Shown here piece after piece: positions 55,073 through 60,889 of a stretch of 60,889 bases of DNA. The translations under genes were made by a program, and so were the position numbers. The DNA is from a virus (Duplodnaviria; Heunggongvirae; Uroviricota; Caudoviricetes), in the IMG/VR virus record IMGVR_UViG_3300028833_000055, positions 302,446 through 363,334 of that record; one strand, given 5' to 3'. The notes below the pieces were generated by a model. That model did no database searches and was not told the origin of the DNA. It was given only the letters and a program-made list of their open reading frames with translations. Numbering within the stretch: the first letter of the stretch is position 1; each line of letters begins with the position of its first letter.

Positions 55073-55147
55073 TGGGATTCCAGGGAGTTGAACCCCAGCC
55101 TCTGGATTTTCAGTCCAGCGTACAATAACCACCTATACGAGAATCCC
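55073..55147 (-). tRNA. tRNA-Phe(GAA)
   Basis: CT-GAA-AA. Confidence 0.85.
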
Positions 55148-55381
55148 AAAATATCCGGTTATTTTTACATCCACCGGAAGTAGTAGTACCGTATGGAGAA
55201 ACCTAATTAAAACAAGACATCTCCTTCCCGCTTCACAGAACCACCGCTTTTTAGGTTGCTTACACAACGGTCATCCACTGTCGGGTTCTCCACGGGCTTG
55301 AATTCGGCGGTACGGCCGCCTATTGTCCGGATTGTCAACCTTTAACACAATGTCCGGACATTGTGACACTCTTGTGTTTTG

Positions 55382-55456
55382 TGGGTAGAGAAGGACTCGA
55401 ACCTTCGACCTCATGCGTATCAGGCATGCGTTCTAAACCAACTGAACTACCTACCC
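55382..55456 (-). tRNA. tRNA-Ile(GAT) with C38
   Basis: CT-GAT-AC. Confidence 0.8.
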
Positions 55457-55461
55457 AAGTG

Positions 55462-55535
55462 TGGACACAGATGGGACTCGAACCCATGACACCCTGCTTG
55501 CAAGGCAGGCGTTCTTCCAACTGAACTACTGGCCC
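55462..55535 (-). tRNA. tRNA-Ala(TGC)
   Basis: CT-TGC-AA. Confidence 0.88.
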
Positions 55536-55542
55536 AGATATG

Positions 55543-55617
55543 TGCGGGATGATGGATTCGAACCAACGACCCCCTGCTTGTAAGGCAGATACTCTGAACC
55601 AACTGAGCTAATCCCGC
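55543..55617 (-). tRNA. tRNA-Val(TAC)
   Basis: CT-TAC-AA. Confidence 0.9.
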
Positions 55618-55699
55618 ATAAAGGAGAGTTTTATCGTAAACTCTCAACCTAAACCGTCCGACATACGGAAGGAAAGTGATATCGGCTTTCCTATATTTG

Positions 55700-55773
55700 T
55701 GCCGGTGGAAGGACTCGAACCTTCGTCTCCGCCTTATGAGAGCGGCGCAAGAAACCACCTCCGCCACACCGAC
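55700..55773 (-). tRNA. tRNA with CAT anticodon (Met or Ile2)
   Basis: CT-CAT-AA. Confidence 0.8.
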
Positions 55774-55779
55774 ATTTTG

Positions 55780-55902
55780 TTGGGAGGGCAGGACTCGAAC
55801 CTGCGACCACTGCTTTATCAGAGCAATTAGAAAAAGGTTCGCTGTTCGATTCTTTCACAAGAATCTTTTCATATAGTGCTCTACCCACTGAGCTACCTCC
55901 CA
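55780..55902 (-). tRNA. tRNA-Ile(GAT) with 50-nt ACAGC-module insert at 28/29
   Basis: Removing 55825-55874 gives CTGCT-CTGATAA-AGCAG. Confidence 0.75.
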
Positions 55903-55904
55903 AG

Positions 55905-55976
55905 TTGTCCCGGAGGGACTCGAACCCCCAGCCCACAGAACCAAAATCTGTTGTGCTACCATTGCACCACGGGACA
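55905..55976 (-). tRNA. tRNA-Gln(TTG)
   Basis: TT-TTG-GT. Confidence 0.9.
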
Positions 55977-56209
55977 TCGTATAATAAAAAATCCCACACT
56001 TTCTTGTGAATGTGTGAGATGTTGGATATTATCGAGATAAACCGGTTTTGGATTCAAAATTTATACAATTCTACACTCACACGAGATATATGCAAAGAGG
56101 ACGAGTAACGCCTGATAAAACCAGCGATACATCCCGCACTTAATCTCAATATGTTGTTTTATTGCATTCATTTCTCTTTTATTTATGAAAATTATTTTTC
56201 GAAAATTTT

Positions 56210-56284
56210 TGGAGCGGGAGATGGGACTCGAACCCACGACCTGAACCATGGCAAGGTCCCGTTCTACCACTGAACTACTCCCGC
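56210..56284 (-). tRNA. tRNA-Gly(GCC)
   Basis: TT-GCC-AT, encoded CCA. Confidence 0.9.
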
Positions 56285-56481
56285 ATTAAGCGGCTTTCCG
56301 TCCCTACTAACCTAAATTTCAAGACGGCATTATCTAACGGTGTGAAACAACAGTCTGCATTATATTTATTCGTCGACAGCACAGACTATGTTTGCCGCTT
56401 ACAAAATATCACCGGATGGTTTATTTTAACGTCTTAACATTAAACCACCAAAGACGAGTTGCCCGTTTAGGCGGACTACTG

Positions 56482-56603
56482 CTGCTACAACCGGACTCGA
56501 ACCGGTGTATGGGATTTATAACACTACCTTTACCAGTATACCCACAGGGCGTCCCGAAATAAATTCTACTGCGTCCTTGCTTGCCAATCTTGCATATGTA
56601 GCA
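56482..56603 (-). ncRNA. enlarged tRNA-like RNA
   Basis: TGCTACA/TGTAGCA acceptor and perfect T arm around a non-canonical core. Confidence 0.5.
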
Positions 56604-56681
56604 TAAAAAGTTGTCACCCAAATGTCCGCTTCACAGCAGGTGAAACAGTGACATAGTTTCTTTGGCGTAAGAATAAAACAT

Positions 56682-56776
56682 TGAGACCACTGTTGGAGTT
56701 GAACCAACAAGGGAGGCATACCACGGAGGTTTAGTCCTCGTTATGTGCCGTTTACCGACACTTCCTCAGCAGTTTC
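56682..56776 (-). ncRNA. non-canonical tRNA-like RNA (long acceptor, 6-bp D stem)
   Basis: GTGTCG-GTAAA-CGGCAC and GTTGG-TTCAACT-CCAAC. Confidence 0.4.
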
Positions 56777-56830
56777 AGGAACCCGTCCATCCACCGCCTT
56801 CTTTACCTAATTTGAATAAGTGGTCAAATT

Positions 56831-57349
56831 CTATTTCCAAGTTATACGCTTGTACTCACCGTTCTCACCCCTGTAACCGAAAGCGAAATTGTTCGGTTCA
56901 AGTTCCACGAGTTCATCGAGAACATATTTCCTGTACTTTTTCGCCATCCCTTTCTTCATATAGGCTATGGTCATATGAGGATGATAACTGTATTCGGTGT
57001 GCATTTCGAAATTCCTGCCGATTTCCGAATTTGTTTCAACCATCTGTTCCGATGATATGGAACACTTCAACACATCGTATTCTTCATTTTCGAAAATACT
57101 TATGTCCGTTATTCTCGCCTTGTACTCCTCTAACGGTTTCAACACTTTCTTCAACTCTTTGAGCAGACCCAAGTCATTTTCAAGACAAGGTGCAAGTGTT
57201 ACGTGTGATTCCGTTTCAAGTCCGTATTCGGCATCGTCATCGAGGTCTTCCGAAAAATATAGTTCGTCCTTCGGTATCCTTTCTTGCAATCGTAAGATTA
57301 ATTTCGGCATCTTGAAATCAATCATTAAAAATGAATATCTCTCTTCCAT
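56831..57349 (-). CDS. 2H phosphoesterase, Acb1/T4 gp57B-like (candidate anti-CBASS)
   Basis: Two HxT motifs (SHVTL, PHMTIAY); tRNA-array location. Confidence 0.78.
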   Translation of the reverse strand: MEERYSFLMIDFKMPKLILRLQERIPKDELYFSEDLDDDAEYGLETESHVTLAPCLENDLGLLKELKKVLKPLEEYKARITDISIFENEEYDVLKCSISSEQMVETNSEIGRNFEMHTEYSYHPHMTIAYMKKGMAKKYRKYVLDELVELEPNNFAFGYRGENGEYKRITWK

Positions 57350-57365
57350 AAGAAAAAAAATTATG

Positions 57366-57438
57366 TCGGAGTAGCTGGATTCGAACCAGCGACCACTTGG
57401 TCCCGAACCAAGTATTCTCCCAACTGAACTACACCCCG
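57366..57438 (-). tRNA. tRNA-Pro(CGG)
   Basis: TT-CGG-GA. Confidence 0.9.
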
Positions 57439-57452
57439 AAATTTAATTTAAG

Positions 57453-57525
57453 TCGGGGTAGCAGGACTCGAACCTGCGACCCCCTGGTCCCAAACCAGGT
57501 GTTCTGCCAACTAAACTACACCCCG
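57453..57525 (-). tRNA. tRNA-Pro(TGG)
   Basis: TT-TGG-GA. Confidence 0.9.
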
Positions 57526-57940
57526 AAAAAAAAATCCAAAGCGAAGTGAAAAACCGGTACCCACACAACCGGACATTGACCATTTCCGAGGGAATGATTT
57601 TTTGATTCCAGTGAAATCAAGGACTAACCATTTGGAGTGTTTTCACTCCCGCCCTCACTTTGGGAAGACATTCTCTTAATAATTTCCCCTTCCAGCAGTC
57701 TTCGATACTGGTCGTAGTAGTCTGTTCGGTTTCATCTTCACGGTGATGAACGAGACAACTTCTTCCGTGTGTTTCCGACTTGAGACTGTTATAGGACAGT
57801 CATCGGAGTTTCGATGGTCTCCGTACCCATATTAAATGAGTGTAACCGGGCCGGAGGCAATTATCCATATATAATACCACGACTTCTCTCCCTATACTCT
57901 CCGGATGATAATTCCGAACCCTATTCCTCGTGATATTCTG

Positions 57941-58014
57941 TGGACCCCGTGGGACTCGAACCCACAACATTCTGCGTGCAAGGCAGACGCTCTACCAATT
58001 GGAGCTAGGAGCCC
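57941..58014 (-). tRNA. tRNA-Ala(TGC)
   Basis: CT-TGC-AC. Confidence 0.88.
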
Positions 58015-58070
58015 ATTTTTAACACGGTTAACCGAAAACCCCCTATAACAGTTCTGTCGTCCGTTTTATA

Positions 58071-58162
58071 CAAGGTTCATTTTTACCGGAATAAGTGTTT
58101 TTCGGTGAACCGTGTTGATTTGCAATCAGAATCTTTATTCGGTGATTGCTGTAAGAACCTTT
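58071..58162 (-). ncRNA. ACAGCAA stem-loop small RNA (skipping-rope-like)
   Basis: AAGGTTC-TT-ACAGCAA...GAACCTTG. Confidence 0.6.
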
Positions 58163-58175
58163 ACGGACTCCATAG

Positions 58176-58248
58176 AGCCGGAGGAGGGAGTCGAACCCAC
58201 AACCTTCTGATTACAAATCAGATGCAACTACCATTGTGCTACTCCGGC
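58176..58248 (-). tRNA. tRNA-Thr(TGT)
   Basis: TT-TGT-AA. Confidence 0.9.
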
Positions 58249-58254
58249 ATTTTG

Positions 58255-58327
58255 CGGGGACAGTAGGATTCGAACCTACGACCTACTGGTTAACAGCCAG
58301 TTGCTCTACCTATTGAGCTATGTCCCC
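58255..58327 (-). tRNA. tRNA-Asn(GTT)
   Basis: CT-GTT-AA. Confidence 0.9.
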
Positions 58328-58569
58328 AAGAAATCGTTAGTCCGTAAGAACTAATATGTGGCAAAAGACCTGTTTTACTGGCGTCACAGAACTCCGTACT
58401 CCGTGTACGGTATGTTAATGTAATATATTTCAAGCCATCTTACCATTGCATGCCCACAGTAAGCACTCTCAAAAATTACTTCTATCTACTCAATATTCAA
58501 CTCTCCGGGTCATGACTCCAAATCCTTGTACATCTTTCAAATAAGTCAGAACTTACACCAATCTTTTAG

Positions 58570-58643
58570 CGGTGCGTATGGGACTCGAACCCATGACCCT
58601 CGGCGTGACAGGCCGATATTCTAACCAGCTGAACTAACGCACC
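58570..58643 (-). tRNA. tRNA-Asp(GTC)
   Basis: CT-GTC-AC. Confidence 0.9.
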
Positions 58644-58691
58644 AGACAAATATTTGTCATTATTTATGTTTTTTCAAAAAGGAAAAATTTA

Positions 58692-58758
58692 CAAGGTTCT
58701 TCGATACTTTTAGAAACCCAAATTCTACGTTGTCAAAAGATTTGCTGTTTGAACCTTT
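58692..58758 (-). ncRNA. ACAGCAA stem-loop small RNA (skipping-rope-like)
   Basis: AAGGTTC-AA-ACAGCAA...GAACCTTG. Confidence 0.6.
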
Positions 58759-58775
58759 AATGACTATTTTTCCTA

Positions 58776-58863
58776 TGGCGGAGAGTAAGGGACTCGAACC
58801 CCTGCCACAACGAGGTGGGCTTCAGATTAGCAATCTGACCAGTTACCACTCCTGCAACTCTCC
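58776..58863 (-). tRNA. tRNA-Ser(GCT)
   Basis: TT-GCT-AA, long V arm, CCA. Confidence 0.88.
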
Positions 58864-59003
58864 AAACTAACTCGGAACTATCCGGATTAGTACGCAATTT
58901 CGCATTAGTAAAACATTGTGGTCTTTTACACCACTCCATACCGGTATGGCTATAACCAAGCGGGCTTGCTAGTCACATACAATTCCGAGTTAAATCGGTT
59001 TTG

Positions 59004-59076
59004 TGAGCACAGCAGGATTCGAACCTGCAACTTACGGCTTAGAAGGCCGTTATTCTTCCAATTGAATTATGCGCCC
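59004..59076 (-). tRNA. tRNA-Arg(TCT)
   Basis: CT-TCT-AA. Confidence 0.88.
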
Positions 59077-59292
59077 ATAGATGTTATGGTTGCAACAAAA
59101 CCGTAACCAGTTTTCCATACTTGTTTTTCGGTAAGCGACTTTTCCGATGTACCTTCTCTTACAAGGGTGATGAATCTATTTAAGGTTCACCTTCCTTTTC
59201 CGTTCTGCAATCCTCTGTTTAAACCTAATTCTCATAGATGCCGTGTCACCACGGTGTGAGTTCACAACTAGTACGATTTCATAACATCTTTG

Positions 59293-59411
59293 CTGGGAGG
59301 ACAGGACTCGAACCTGCGACCACGGTCTTAAAAGGACTGAATAAATGTATCGCGTTTGATTCTTTTGCAAGAATCCCAAAATACGTGCTCTACCAACTGA
59401 GCTACCTCCCA
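59293..59411 (-). tRNA. tRNA-Lys(TTT) with 46-nt ACAGC-type insert at 28/29
   Basis: Removing 59338-59383 gives CGGTC-CTTTTAA-GACCG. Confidence 0.75.
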
Positions 59412-59427
59412 ATTTGATATATTCTTT

Positions 59428-59517
59428 TGGCGGAGGGGGAGGGATTCGAACCCCCGGACCCCGTTAGAGGTCAACGGTTTTCAAGACCGCCGCAATCAGC
59501 CACTCTGCCACCCCTCC
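59428..59517 (-). tRNA. tRNA-Ser(TGA)
   Basis: CT-TGA-AA, CCA. Confidence 0.9.
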
Positions 59518-59643
59518 AAATGAAAGATTGATTGAAATAACCCCGTTCAATCTTTCGAAAACGTGCCGACCTACGATTCGGATGCCGAGTTTGACTGATG
59601 TCAGGGACTAGCACATCTTCGTTCCCTTGTACTTCGGGCTAAT

Positions 59644-59721
59644 TGGTAGCGGAAGCCGGACTCGAACCGGCGTGGAACGGCTTATGAGACCGTGCTGGGA
59701 CCATCTCCAGTCTATTCCGCA
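59644..59721 (-). tRNA. tRNA-Met(CAT), initiator-like (1:72 mismatch)
   Basis: CT-CAT-AA, CCA. Confidence 0.75.
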
Positions 59722-59731
59722 ATATATTTTT

Positions 59732-59874
59732 GACATTACGACCGGACTCGAACCGGCAGTACCTATATGTTTGTGATATAGGGCAACTTTTACGTCCCAC
59801 TCCCAGGACTTCCATCTGGCTGCTCACAACAGCAGTTACAGGCGAGGGTTTACCAATTCCCCTTCACATAATGT
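59732..59874 (-). ncRNA. enlarged tRNA-like RNA with 8-bp acceptor and GTG-loop hairpin
   Basis: ACATTATG/CGTAATGT, D-loop AATTGGTAAA, T arm; GCTG-TTGTGAG-CAGC inside. Confidence 0.5.
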
Positions 59875-59880
59875 TCTTTT

Positions 59881-59953
59881 GTGATACGACACGACTCGAA
59901 CGTGCATCACCCTGCTTCCCGCTCGGGTGTCCTAACCGTTAGACGACGTATCT
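59881..59953 (-). tRNA. pseudo-tRNA (Glu-type body, aberrant anticodon arm)
   Basis: GTCTAACGGTTAGGAC D arm; anticodon arm mispaired. Confidence 0.45.
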
Positions 59954-60002
59954 GGCCTCCTGTTAGCTACTCAAAAGACCAATAAAAGTACTTTTAAACC
60001 AG

Positions 60003-60077
60003 CACTCCCGACGAGACTCGAACTCGTAATCTCCGCCGTGAAGGGGCGGTGTCCTAACCTATTAGACGACAGGAGCA
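60003..60077 (-). tRNA. tRNA-Glu(TTC) with C33
   Basis: CCGCC-CC-TTC-AC-GGCGG. Confidence 0.8.
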
Positions 60078-60084
60078 TATTATG

Positions 60085-60156
60085 TAGCTCGACCAAGAAT
60101 CGAACTTGAATCTGTGGTTTAGGAAACCACTGTTCTATCCGTTGAACTATCAAGCC
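60085..60156 (-). tRNA. tRNA-Arg(CCT)
   Basis: TT-CCT-AA. Confidence 0.88.
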
Positions 60157-60230
60157 ATATCGAGAGTTTCTTTTCACTCCCAAGCCACTACCTTATCTTT
60201 TTGTCTTGTCGTAAGTTCGGAAACGACAAT

Positions 60231-60679
60231 TTATTCACAATTTGCATCTTCGTTATTTATGAGATGTCCATCTTTATCCAATTTTATCAATCCGGCATGT
60301 ATTTCTCTGTGGCAATTTGAACAAACCAATATACACTTATCCAATTCAGATTTAACGTGTTCAAAAGATTTAGTTCCACCACTAATCGAAAAATCCTTTT
60401 CTTCTGGATTTATATGATGAAAATCTAATGCGTCAATACATTTACAATATCCACATATTTGACATTTTCCACCTTTATAATCAACAAGTTTTTGCTTTAT
60501 GTCTCTTCTATATTTCCTTGTATCTCTTCTTCTATTTGTTCTTAATCTATTCTTATTTTTGAATATTAAAAAACCTTTTAGTGTATTGTATGAAATATGA
60601 GATATTTTTGCAACTTTTTTACATTTCCTATTTTATTATACAATTCTTGTAACTCTTCTTTTTGTTTTTCTGTTACCAT
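60231..60679 (-). CDS. HNH endonuclease requiring a -1 frameshift (programmed shift or pseudogene)
   Basis: ATG at 60679; a -1 shift at A_AAA_AAG (60614-60620) joins it to GGKCQICGY...LDFHH...CILVCSNCHREIH. Confidence 0.75.
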
Positions 60680-60699
60680 TAGAATTTAATTTTATTTTG

Positions 60700-60776
60700 T
60701 TGGGGTGGTGGGGGTTGAACCCACGTGCAACCAACTACCCTTTCGACAGTTTATAAGACTGAGGGGATACACCCCA
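60700..60776 (-). ncRNA. rearranged tRNA-like RNA (TAT anticodon, no D arm in normal position)
   Basis: TGGGGTG/CACCCCA acceptor, CAGT-CTTATAA-ACTG arm, T arm GTGGG-TTCAACC-CCCAC. Confidence 0.55.
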
Positions 60777-60784
60777 AAAAATTA

Positions 60785-60846
60785 CAAGGTTCTTAAACAC
60801 AATTAACAATTTTGATTTGTTTGATATTATTGCTGTATGAACCTTT
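60785..60846 (-). ncRNA. ACAGCAA stem-loop small RNA (skipping-rope-like)
   Basis: AAGGTTC-AT-ACAGCAA...GAACCTTG. Confidence 0.6.
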
Positions 60847-60853
60847 ACCAAAG

Positions 60854-60889
60854 AGCCGGCGGGAGGACTCGAACCTTCGACTTGCGAAT
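60854..60889 (-). tRNA. tRNA 3' half, truncated by window edge
   Basis: Acceptor 3' strand + T arm. Confidence 0.7.

Overview
A 61-kb slice of a large (jumbo-type) phage genome, very likely infecting a Bacteroidota host: 15 copies of the Bacteroidota housekeeping -7 promoter element TAnnTTTG head the operons. Essentially every real gene is on the minus strand and the standard genetic code is used. 1-51.7 kb is densely packed accessory genes: two sigma factors, MetK, four C5 DNA methyltransferase(-like) genes, DNA ligase, Rnl2 RNA ligase, Thg1-like, YqeY, Pth2-like, a double nucleotidyltransferase, PurA-like+vWA, NUDIX and two soluble ABC ATPases. It also carries a minimal type V CRISPR-Cas locus: a 784-aa Cas-lambda-like RuvC effector and an 8-spacer array, with no cas1/cas2. 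51.7-60.9 kb is a large tRNA array (~35 ordinary tRNAs) with an Acb1-like 2H phosphoesterase and a frameshifted HNH gene. The most unusual signal is an RNA module (stem-NN-ACAGC(A/G)A...stem). It occurs four times as a free-standing small RNA and four times, circularly permuted, inside tRNA bodies. In two of these, removing it at position 28/29 restores a perfect Ile(GAU) or Lys(UUU) anticodon arm. Other oddities are C33 in the Lys(UUU) and Glu(UUC) tRNAs, an intron-split tRNA-Trp and several non-canonical tRNA-like RNAs. All calls were made by eye; no searches were run.
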